Positions 50,401 to 62,400 of a DNA stretch of 64,000 nt are shown in pieces. Each line of letters begins with the position of its first letter. The stretch's first letter is position 1. Location: contig CBDBCF010000001.1 in assembly GCA_965202985.1 (NCBI GenBank), forward strand, positions 1,760,001 to 1,824,000, written 5' to 3'. The stretch is from Longimicrobiales bacterium. Its GTDB lineage: Bacteria > Gemmatimonadota > Gemmatimonadetes > Longimicrobiales > Gaopeijiaceae. The notes below the pieces were generated by a model. The model saw only the letters and a program-made list of their open reading frames with translations, had not been told where the DNA came from and made no database searches. Made by a program: the position numbers and the translations under genes.

Positions 50401-53400
50401 GGCGATCGGCATCGGGAGCCAGACGCGCCAAGCGACGTTGCTCGAGACGACGGGTCAGGTGCTGCGCTTCGGCTACGTCGTGCAGCGGGCGGATTTGGAC
50501 GCGAACGGCATCAGCATCTTGGCGGACGCCTTGGCGTTGAACGGCGGGACGATCCGGAGCGCCGCCGGGGCCGGCGCGGTCCTGGGCTTGAGCGCCCACG
50601 CGATCACGGACGCCGTCGGCCATAAGGTGTTGGGCTCCAACAACGCCACTCCGGCCGCGACCTCGGTGGAGATCAGCAGCGCTCCGGACGACGGCGACAC
50701 CTACGGGGCCACCGAGACGATCTCCGTGGCCGTCGGGTTCAACGTGCCGGTGACCGTGACGGGAACGCCGCAGCTGGCGGTGACCATTGGAAGCGGCGCC
50801 GGGCAGGCGTCCTACTCGAGCGGCAGCCAGACGAAGACGCTGACGTTCGACTACGTAGTGGGCGCCACCGACGTGGACGCCGACGGGATCGGCGTCGGCG
50901 GGAGCGCCCTGACCCTGAACGGCGGGACGATACGGAGCGCCACGGCGGCGAACGCGACGCTGAGCTTGGCCGGCCACGCCATTGCGAACGCGGCCGGCCA
51001 CAAGGTGAACGGCACGACGACCGCGCCCGCCGTCTCGTCCGTGGGGGCCGCCAGCCAGCCGGCGATCGGCGGATCGTACGGGGCTGGCGAGACGATCTCG
51101 GTGCAGGTCGGGTTCGACTTGGCCGTGACGGTGACGGGGACGCCGCAGCTGGCGCTGTCGCTGGACGCCGACACGGTGCAGGCGGCCTACGCCGGCGGGA
51201 GCGGGACGAAGACGCTGACCTTCGGCTACACGGTGCGGGCGACGGACCGGGACGCGGACGGGTTCACCGTCGAGCGCGGGGCGTTGACCCTGAACGGCGG
51301 GACGATCCAGAGCGCCGGCGGGGCCGATGCGGCGCTGAGGTTGAACGTTGAGTTGCTGAGCGACCAGATCGACGGGAGCGTGACGCCGCCCGAGGTCGCC
51401 TCGGCGCGATTCGACACCAGCCCGGCCTCGGGAGACACGTACGGCGCCGGCGAGCTGATCGCGGTGCGGATCGGCTTCCAGATCCCGGTGACTGTGACGG
51501 GGAGCCCGCAGCTGGCGCTGGGGATCGGGGTCGCCACGGTGCAGGCGTCGTACGCGGGCGGGAGCGGGAGCAAGTTGCTGGCGTTCAGCTACGTGGTGCA
51601 GTCCGCCGACGTGGACGCGGACGGCGTCAGCGTGGGGTCCACCGCGTTGGCGCTGAACGGCGGGACGATCCGGAGCGCGGCTGGAACCAACGCCAGGCTG
51701 GAGCTGGGAAGGACCCACCAGATCACGAACTCCAGCGGCCACAAGGTGGACGGATCCATGGCGACGCCGCCGTCGGTGACGGGGGCGAGGGTCGTGAGCA
51801 GGCCGGCCAGCGGCGACACCTACGGGGGCGGCGAGCGGATCGAGGTGGCCATCGAGTTCAGCATCCCCGTGGTCGTGACGGGCGCGCCCGAGTTGGCGCT
51901 GACGATTGGAGACTCGACGCGGCAGGCGGCGTACCTGAGCGGCAGCCGGACGGAGACCGTGACGTTCGGCTACGTCGTTCGGGCGACGGACGTGGACGCC
52001 GACGGATTCGCCGTCGCAGACAGCGCTTTGTCGCTGGCCGGTGGAACGTTGCAGAGCTCTTTCGGGGCCGCGGCGACGCTGAGCTTGGGCAGCCACGCCC
52101 TTGCCGGCGTCGCCGCCGGGAAGGTGAGCGGCGCGACGGCGACGGTGCCGGCCGTGGCCTCGGCAGCGATATTCAGCGACGCGGGAAGCGACAGCACGTA
52201 CGGCGCAGGCGACGGGATCGCGGTGCGGATCGTCTTCCAGATCCCGGTGACGGTGACGGGGAGCCCGCAGCTGGCGCTGGGAATCGGGACCGGCACGGCG
52301 CAAGCGTCGTACGCCGGCGGGAGCGGGACGAAGACGCTGACGTTCCGCTACACGGTGCGGGCGACGGACGTGGACAGCGCCGGGATCAGCGTGGGCGCGG
52401 GCGCGCTGTCGCTGAACGGCGGGACGATCCGGAGCGGCACTGGCACGAACGCCACGTTGGGGCTGGGCGCGAATGCGGTTGCGAACGCGGCCGCCCACAA
52501 GGTGGACGGCACCACGACGGTTCCTGCCGTGCTTGCGGTGGTGATCGCCAGCGACGCGGGCGCCGACAGCACGTACACGGCGGGCGACACGATCTCGGTG
52601 CAGGTCGTCTTCCAGATCCCGGTGACGGTGACGGGGAGCCCGCAGCTGGCGCTGGGGATCGGGACCGGCACGGCGCAGGCGACGTACGCCGGCGGGAGCG
52701 GGACGAAGACGCTGACGTTCGACTACGTGGTGCAGGCGGCGGACGTGGACAGCGCCGGGATCAGCGTGGGCGCGAGCGCGCTGGCACTGAACGGCGGGAC
52801 GATCCGGAGCGGCTCCGGCACGAACGCGGCGCTGGGGCTGGGCGCGCACGCGATCGCGAACGCCGCCGCCCACAAGGTGAACGGCCCTGGGAGCCCGCCG
52901 CGGGTGACGGGGGTGGTCGTCGGGTCGCCGGTGGTGGGCGACACCTTCGAGCGGGGCGAGGCGATTTCCGCGACGCTGACGTTCGACAAGGCGGTGGACG
53001 TGACGGGGACGCCGCAGTTGGCGCTGACGATCGGCTCGACGACGCGGCAGGCGGGCTATACAAGTGGGACGGGAACGACGTCGCTGGTCTTCCGCTACGT
53101 GGTGGTGGCGGCCGACGCGGACGCGGACGGAATCAGCATCGCCGCCGCCGCGCTGGCGCTGAACGGCGGGACGATCGACGCGGCGGGCGGGACGACGGAC
53201 GCCGTGCTGGGGCTGGGCTCTCATGCGCTGTCGAACAGTTCGGGCCACAAGGTGGCGGGCGGGATGTTCACGGCGGCTGCTGCGAGCGGCGTGACGATCA
53301 CGAGCAGTCCGGCCGGCGACAGCACCTACGTCCTGGGCGAGCAGATCCAGGTCGAAGTGACCTTTGCCCGGCCCGTCGCGGTGACGGGGACGCCGCAGTT

Positions 53401-56400
53401 GGCGCTGACGATCGGCGCGGCGACGCGCCAAGCCGACTACGCCTCTGGGACGGGCACGAAGACGCTGGCGTTCGCTTACGCGGTGGCGGCGGCGGACACC
53501 GACGCCGACGGGATCAGCATCGGCGCGAGTGCGCTGGGGCTGAATGGCGGGGCGATCGCCGACGCCCGGGACGGGGCGACGGCGGCGAGCCTGGGTCTGG
53601 GCGCGAACGCAATCGCGAACAGTGCGGCGCACAAGGTGAACGGCGCGCGCGGGCCGCCGGGGGTGACGGGGTTGGCTGTTGCGTCGCCGGTGGTGGGCGA
53701 CACCTTCGAACGCGGCGACACGATTGCTGCGACCGTGACGTTCAACAAGGTGGTGGACGTGACTGGGACGCCGCAGTTGGCGCTCACGATCGGCACGGCG
53801 ACGCGGCAGGCGGGTTATGCCAGCGGGACGGGGACGGCGTCGCTGGTCTTCCGCTACGTGGTGGCGTCGGGCGACGCGGACGCGGACGGGCTCAGCATCG
53901 GGGCGGGCGCGCTGGCGCTGAACGGCGGGACGATCGACGTGGCGGGCGGGACCACGGACGCGCTTCTGGGGCTGGGCGCGCATGTGCTCTCGAACAGCTC
54001 CGGCCACAAGGTGGCGGGGGGCACGTTCACGGCGGCGGCGGTGACCGGCGTGGCGATCGCGAGCAGCCCGGCCAGCGACAGCACCTACGGTCTGAACGAG
54101 CGGATCGAAGTGAAGGTGGCGTTCAGCCGTCGCGTGAGCGTGACGGGGACGCCGCAGCTGGCGCTGACGATCGGCGCGGCGACGCGGCAGGCCGACTACG
54201 CCTCGGGCACGGGGACGGACACGCTGTCGTTCGCCTACGTCGTGGGGGCCGCGGACGCCGACAGCGACGGGCTGGGGGTCGGCGCGAGCGCGCTGACCTT
54301 GAACGGCGGGGCGATTGCCGACGCCCGCGACGGGACCACGGCGGCCGGCCTGGGGTTGGGCGCGAACGCCATCGCCGCTGCCGCGGCGCACAAGGTGGAC
54401 GGGACGCGCGGTCCGCCGACGGTGACGGGCGTGGCGGTCGGGTTGCCGGTGGTGGGCGACACGTTCGAGCGGGGCGACACGATTGCGGCGACGGTGACGT
54501 TCAACAAGGCGGTGGACGTGACGGGGACGCCGCAGTTGGCGCTGACGATCGGCGCGGCTACGAAGCAGGCCTCCTACGCTTCCGGCACGGGGACGGCATC
54601 GCTGGTCTTCCGCTACGTGGTGGCGAGTGGCGACGCGGACGCGGACGGGCTCAGCATCGGCGCGAGCGCACTGGCCCTGAACGGCGGTACGATCGACGAG
54701 GCTGGCGAGACGACGGACGCTGCCCTCGGGCTGGGCAGTCACGCGGTGAGCAACAGCTCGGGCCACAAGGTGGCGGGCGCGACCTTCACGGCGGCGGCGG
54801 TGACGGGCGTGTCGATCACCAGCAGCCCGGCCAGCGACAGCACCTACGGCCTGAACGAGCGGATCGAGGTGAAGGTGGCGTTCGGCCGTCGCGTGAGCGT
54901 GACGGGGACGCCGCAGCTGGCGCTGACGATCGGCGCGGCGACGCGGCAGGCCGACTACGCCTCGGGCACGGGCACGGACACGCTGTCGTTCGCCTACGTC
55001 GTGGGGGCCGCGGACGCCGACAGCGATGGGATCGGGGTCGGCGCGAGCGCGCTGACCTTGAACGGCGGGGCGATCGCCGACGCCCGGGACGGGGCGACGG
55101 CGGCCGGCCTGGGGTTGGGCGCGAACGCCATCGCCGCTGCCGCGGCGCACAAGGTGGACGGGACGCGCGGTCCGCCGACGGTGACGGGCGTGGCCGTCGG
55201 ATCGCCCGAGGTGGGCGACACCTTCGAGCGGGGCGAGGCGATTTCGGCGACGCTGACGTTCAACAAGGCGGTGGACGTGACGGGGACGCCGCAGCTGGCG
55301 CTGACGATCGGCGCGGCGACGCGGCAGGCGGATTATGCCAGCGGGACGGGGACGGCGTCGCTGGTCTTCCGCTACGTGGTGGCGAGTGGCGATGCGGACG
55401 CGGACGGGCTCAGCATCGGCGCGAGAGCGCTGGCGCTGAACGGCGGGACGATCGATGTGGCGGGCGGGACGACGGACGCCGTGCTGGGGCTGGGCTCTCA
55501 TGCGCTGTCGAACAGCTCGGGCCACAAGGTGGCGGGCGGGACGTTCACGGCGGCGGCGGCGAGCGGCGTCGCGATCACGAGCAGCCCGGCCGGCGACAGC
55601 ACCTACGTCCTGGGCGAGCAGATCGAGGTCGAGGTGACGTTCGCCCGCCCGGTGGCGGTGACGGGGACGCCGCAGCTGGCGCTGACGATCGGCGCGGCGA
55701 CGCGCCAGGCCGACTACGCCTCTGGGACGGGCACGAAGACGCTGGCGTTCGCTTACGCGGTGGCGGTTGCGGACATCGACACGGTCGGGCTCAGCATCGG
55801 CGCGAGCGCGCTGGGGCTGAACGGCGGGGCGATTGCCGACGCTCGGGACAGCACGACGGCGGCAAGCCTGGGGCTGGGCGCGAACGCGATCTCGAACAGT
55901 GCGGCGCACAAGGTGAACGGCGCGCGGGGGCCGCCGGGGGTGACGGGCTTGGCCGTAGGGTCGCCGGTGGTGGGCGACACCTTCGAGCGGGGCGACACCG
56001 TTGCCGCGACGGTGACATTCAACAAGGCGGTGGACGTGACGGGGACGCCGCAGCTGGCGCTGACGATCGGGTCGGCGACGCGGCAGGCGGGCTATGCCAG
56101 CGGGACGGGGACGGAGTCGCTGGTCTTCCGCTACGTAGTGGCGAGTGGCGACGCGGATTCGGACGGGCTCAGCATCGAGGCGGGCGCGCTGGCGCTGAAC
56201 GGCGGGACGATCGACGTGGCGGGCGGGACCACGGACGCGCTTCTGGGGCTGGGCGCGCATGTGCTCTCGAACAGCTCCGGCCACAAGGTGGCGGGGGGCA
56301 CGTTCACGGCGGCGGCGGTGACCGGCGTGGCGATCGCGAGCAGCCCGGCCAGCGACAGCACCTACGGTCTGAACGAGCGGATCGAAGTGAAGGTGGCGTT

Positions 56401-59400
56401 CAGCCGTCGCGTGAGCGTGACGGGGACGCCGCAGCTGGCGCTGACGATCGGCGCGGCGACGCGCCAGGCGGAGTACGCCTCGGGCACGGGGACGGACACG
56501 CTGTCGTTCGCCTACACGGTGGGGGCCGCGGACGCTGACAGCGACGGCCTGGGGATCGGCGCGAGCGCGCTGACCTTGAACGGCGGGGCGATCGCCGACG
56601 CCCGGGACGGGGCTGCGGCGGCCGGCCTGGGTTTGGGTGCGAACGCAATCACCGCCGCCGCGGCCCACAAGGTGGACGGAACGCGGGGTCCGCCGACGGT
56701 GACGGGCGTGGCCGTGGGGTCGCCGGTGGTGGGCGACACCTTCGAGCGGGGCGACACGATTGCGGCGACGGTGACGTTCAACAAGGCGGTGGACGTGACG
56801 GGGACGCCGCAGCTGGCGCTGACGATCGGCGCGGCGACGCGGCAGGCGGATTATGCCAGCGGGACGGGGACGGCGTCGCTGGTCTTCCGCTACGTGGTGG
56901 CGAGTGGCGATGCGGACGCGGACGGGCTCAGCATCGGCGCGAGCGCGTTGGGGCTGAACGGCGGTACGATCGACGAGGCGGGCGGGACGACGGACGCCGC
57001 CCTCGGGCTGGGTTCTCACGCGGTGTCGAACAGCTCGGGCCACAAGGTGGCGGGCGCGACCTTCACGGCGGCGGCGGTGACGGGCGTGTCGATCGCGAGC
57101 AGCCCGGCCAGCGACAGCACGTACGGCGCGGGTGACCGGATCGAGGTGGAGGTGACGTTCGCCCGCTCCGTCGCGGTGACGGGGACGCCGCAGCTGGCGC
57201 TGACGATCGGCGCGGCGACGCGGCAGGCGGATTACGCCAGCGGCACGGGCACTTCGACGCTGGCGTTCCGCTACGCGGTGGCGGCGGCGGACAGCGACTC
57301 CGACGGGATCAGCATCGGGGCTGGCGCGCTGACGCTGAACGGCGGCGGAATCGCCGACGCGCGGGACGGCGCCACGGCAGCCGGCCTGGGTTTGGGCGCG
57401 AACGCCGTCTCGAACAGCGCGGCGCACAAGGTGAACGGCAGCCTCGCGACCCCGGCGGCGCCCAGCGGTCTCACGGCGACGCCCTCCGCCAGCGGCGCAG
57501 TTCAGTTGCGCTGGACCGACCCCAGCGACACGACGATCACCAAGTACCAGGTCCGGCACCGCAACCAGTCGGGCTCGGGCAGCTTCACCGCATGGGCGGA
57601 CGTGCCGAGCAGCAGCGCGAGCACCACCAGGCACACCGTCTCGTCGCTGACCGACCAAGTGGACTACCGCTTCGAGCTCCGAGCCGTGGCCGGCTCCAGG
57701 GCGGGACGCGCGAGCTTCGCCCTGGCCCGGCCCAGCGACATCTGGGTCACCGGCGTGCGGATCACGAGTTCGCCGACCTCCGACAACACGTACGGACCCG
57801 GCCAGACGATCGAAGTCACGGTCTCGTTCTCGGCGTTCCGCCCCCGCGTCACGGGCTCGCCGGTGCTGAAGATCGGCGTGGGGACCGCCACACGGGACGC
57901 GGCCTACTCCGGCACCGGCCTCACGAGCGCGCGCTTCCAGTACACCGTCACGGCCGCCGACGCGGACAGCGATGGGATCACCATCGGTCCCAACGCCCTG
58001 GACTTCACCAACGGCTGGGTGAACACGCGCTTCAGCATCGCTTCTCCGACGATTGGCCGGTACGCCATTGCCAACAGCGCCAGCCACAAGGTGGACGGAC
58101 TGCTGGGAACGCCGGCGGCCCCCACCGGCTTCTCGGCGAGTCCGGGCAACGCCCAGGTCACGTTGAACTGGACCGACCCGTCGGACACGACGCTCACCGG
58201 CTACCAGTTCCGCCAGGCGATCGCCACCGAGCCGTTTTCCCGCTGGACGGACATATCGGGAAGCGACGCCAGCACGACGAGCCACATCGTCCCGTCGCTG
58301 TCGAACGGAACCGAGTACAAGTTCCAGGTTCGGGCGCAGAACTCGGTGGGGGCGGGACACGCGAGCGAGGAGGCGAAAGCGACTCCGACGTCGGCGCCCG
58401 TCGTCGCGGCGGTGCGGTTCATGGGCGCGCCGGTGAGCGGCGACACCTACGGCGCGGGCGAAGTCGTGCGCGTGGACGTGGAGTTCAGCGCTGTGCTCAC
58501 CGTCACGGGGACGCCCCGGCTGGCGCTGACGGTCGGCGCCAACGCGCGGCAGGCCGCCATGGAACGCGTGCAGGAACGCTCGATCCGGTTCGCGTACACG
58601 GTGCGGAGCGTGGACGTGGACGCCGACGGGATCGGGGTCGCGGCGGCGGCGCTGACGCTCAACGGCGGCACCATATCGGGTCCCGGCGGCGCCTCCGCCC
58701 AGCTCTCTTTGGGCGCCCGCGCCTTCACCGCGAACGCCGCCCACAAGGTGAACGGCGCCACGGCCACGGCCCCGTTCGTCGACTTCGTCCAGATCACGAG
58801 CAGTCCGTCCAGCGGCGACACGTACGGCGGCGGGGAGCGGATCGACGTGCACGTTCGGTTCGGCGCGGCGGTTCCGATCACGGTCGCCGGCAGTCCCCGG
58901 CTGGCGCTGACCGTCGGAGCGCAGACGCGCCAAGCGACGTTGAGCGGCGCGTCGGGGCAGTCGCTCCACTTCGGCTACGTGGTGCAGGCCGCGGACGCAG
59001 ACGCGGACGGGATCTCCATCGGGGCGAGCGCGCTGACGCTGAACGGCGCGACGATTCGCAGCGGGACCGGGGCCGCCGCGGGTCTGGGGCTGGGCACCCA
59101 CGCAGTGGCCGACGCCTCGGGCCACAAGGTCTCGGGCAGCACGGCGACCGCGCCGGCCGTGAGCGCCGTGTCGATCAGGAGCGCGCCCGCGAGCGGCGAC
59201 ACCTACGGTGCCGGCGAGAAGATCACGGCCAGGGTGACGTTCCAGCTGCCGATCGTGGCCACGGGGGTGCCCCGGCTGGCGCTGACGGTCGGCGCGCAGA
59301 CGCGGCAGGCCGAATTCGCCCGTCTTTCGGGCCAGTCGCTGTACTTCGACTACACGGTGCTGTCGTCCGACGCCGACGCCGACGGCATCTCCATCGCCGC

Positions 59401-62400
59401 GAACGCCCTTTCCCTCAACGGCGGCACGATCCTAAGCACGATCGGGACGGCGGCCGCGCTGGGCTTGGGCGCCCACGCGGTGACCAACGCGTCCGGCCAC
59501 AAGGTGTCGGGCAGCACGGCCACGACGCCGGAGGCGACGTCGGTTTCGGTGACGAGCGCGCCGGTGAGCGGCGACACCTACGGCGCCGGCGAGCGGATCG
59601 AAGTCAAGGTCGGCTTCAACCTCGAGGTGCGCGCGACCGGAAGCCCGCAGCTGGCCCTGGGCGTGGGGGCGGCCACCCGCCAAGCAGCGCTCCTGGGCAG
59701 GGACGGCGCCGGTCTGACGTTCGGCTACGTGGTCCAGTCGGCGGACGTGGACGCGGACGGAATCAGCGTCGGGGCGAGCGCGCTCGGGCTGAACGGCGGC
59801 TCGATCGCCAGCACGGCGGGCGCGGCGGCGGCGCTCGGCCTGAGCGGCCACACCGTAGCCAACGCTTCGGCCCACAAGGTGAACGGTGCCAGCGCCACTA
59901 CGCCGGCGGTGGTCTCGGCGGCGGTGACCAGCGCGCCGGCCAGCGGCGACACCTACTACGCCGGAGAGGCGATCGCCGTGGCCGTCGGCTTCGACGTTCC
60001 CGTGGCGGTGACGGGAGCCCCCCAGCTGGCCCTGACGATCGGCTCGCAGACGCGCCAAGCGGCGTACGCCTCGGGCACGAACACGAAGACGTTGACGTTC
60101 CGCTACACGGTGGTTCTGGCGGATTCGGACTCGAACGGGATCGCCGTGGGGGCAAGTGCGCTCGGGCTGAACGGCGGCGCGATCCGGAGCGGCGTGGGAA
60201 CTGCAGCCGGGCTCGGGCTGGGCGCGCACGCCATCGCGGACGCGACCGGCCACAAGGTGGACGGAACCTCCACGTCGCCGACCGTGAACGCCGCCTCGAT
60301 ATCGAGCACGCCGGCCAGCGGCGACAGCTACGGCGCGGGCGAGACGATCGCGGTCGAGATCGGGTTCAACTTCCCGGTGACGGTGACGGGCACGCCTCGC
60401 GTGGCGCTGACGATCGGCTCGGCGACCCGGCACGCCGACTACGTGAGCGGCAGCGGCAACACCAGCCTTCGGTTCGAGTACGTGGTGGACGCGACCGACG
60501 CCGACGCCAACGGCATCTCGCTGGGCGCGAGCGCGCTGGCCCTGAACGGCGGCACGATGCGGAGTTCGCTGGGCACCGACGCCGCGCTCGGGCTGGGCGC
60601 CCACGCCATTGCCGACGCCTCGGCCCACAAGGTGAACGGGGCCGCTACGGTGCCAGCCGTGACCGGCGCGACGATCGTCAGCGACGCAGGGAACGACAGC
60701 ACCTACGCCGCCGGCGACGAGGTGTCGATCGAGGTCGCGTTCCAGATTCCGGTGACGGTGACGGGCACGCCGCAGCTGGCGCTGACGATCGGGGCGGGCG
60801 CCGGGCAAGCGGCGTACGCGAGCGGGTCGGAGACCAAGACCCTGACGTTCAGCTACACCGTCCGGGCCACGGACGTGGACGCCAACGGGATCGCCGTTGC
60901 GGCGAACGCGCTGACGCTGAACGGCGGCGCGCTTCAGAGCGGGGCCGGCACCAACGCGGCCCTGAGCCTGGGGACGAACGCGATCGCCGACGCGGCGGCC
61001 CACAAGGTGGACGGAACCTCGACGGTCCCGGTGGTGACTGGCGCTTCGGTCGCCAGCTCGCCGGCCGGCGGCGACACCTACGGCGCGGGCGAGACGATCT
61101 CGGTGCGCATCGGGTTCAGCATTCCGGTGACGGTGACCGGCGCCCCGCAGCTCGCCGTCGCGGTGGGGAGCGCGACCCGGCAGGTGGCCTACGCCAGCGG
61201 GAGCGGAACGACGGCGCTGGTCTTCGACTACGTGACGCTGGCGACGGACCGCGACAACGACGGCATCAGCGTGGGCGCCGGCGCCCTGACGTTGAACGGC
61301 GGCACGATCCAAAGCGGTTCCGGCACCAACGCCACGCTGACGCTGGGCGGCCACGCCATCGCGAACGCCGGGGGCCACAAGGTGAACGGCGCCTCGACGG
61401 CCCCGCTCGTGAGCTCGATGTCGATCTCCAGCGCGCCGGCGAGCGGCGACACCTACGGCGGAGGCGAGAAGATCACGGTCTCGGTCGTCTTCCAAATACC
61501 GGTGACGGTGACCGGAACCCCGCAACTGGCGCTGACGGTCGGGAGCGCGACCCGCCAGGCCAACTACGCGAGCGGAAACGGGACCGCGGCGCTCGCCTTC
61601 GACTACGTGGTGCAGACGGCGGACTCGGATTCGAACGGGATCGGCGTCGGCCCCACGGCCCTGACGCTCAACGGCGGCACGATCCGCAGCGCCGCCGGGA
61701 CGAACGCGAACCTCAGCCTCTTCCTGAACGCGTTCTCGAACTCCCAGGACCACAAAGTGGACGGCTCCTCGGCAACAACGCCCACGGTGCGCGCCGTGAC
61801 GATCCGCAGCGACGCCGGGACCGACAGCACGTACTTCGCCCACGACGCGATCGTGGTGGAGGTCGGGTTCAGCGTTCCCGTGACCGCGACCGGCGCGCCG
61901 CAGCTGGCGCTGACGATCGGCGCCCAGACCCGCCAGGCCGCCTACGCCGCCGGGAGCGGCACGACGGCGCTGACGTTCCGCTACGTGGTGACGGCGGCGG
62001 ACTCGGACTCGGACGGGATCGACGTCGGTGCGAGCGCGCTGGCGCTGAACGGCGGCACGATTCGGAGCAGCGTGGGCGCCGACGCGACGCTGGGCCTGGG
62101 CGCGAACGCGATTGCTGCCGCCGCGGCCCACAAGGTGGACGGCTCCCAAGGTCCGCCGGGAGTGGCGGGCGTGGCCGTCGGCTCGCCGGTGGTGGGCGAC
62201 GCCTTCGAGCGGCTCGACACGATTTCCGTGACGGTGACGTTCGACCAGGCGGTGGACGTGACGGGCACGCCGCAGCTGGCGCTGACGATCGGGGCGGCGA
62301 CGAAGCAGGCGGCCTACGCCAGCGGGACCGGGACGACGGCGCTGGTCTTCCGCTACGTGGTGGCGTCGGGCGACATGGACGCGGACGGGCTCAGCATCGG

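Noticed and set aside
44816..58100. Diversity-generating retroelement acting on the variable heads
   Set aside because: No reverse transcriptase or near-identical template repeat in the window; heads differ by indels, not only at adenines. A trans-acting DGR cannot be excluded
50219..59125. 2968-aa minus-strand ORF (also 59432..63943 and other ORFs over 44.5-64 kb)
   Set aside because: Arg/Pro-rich shadow frames of the GC-rich giant + strand gene; no independent domain signal
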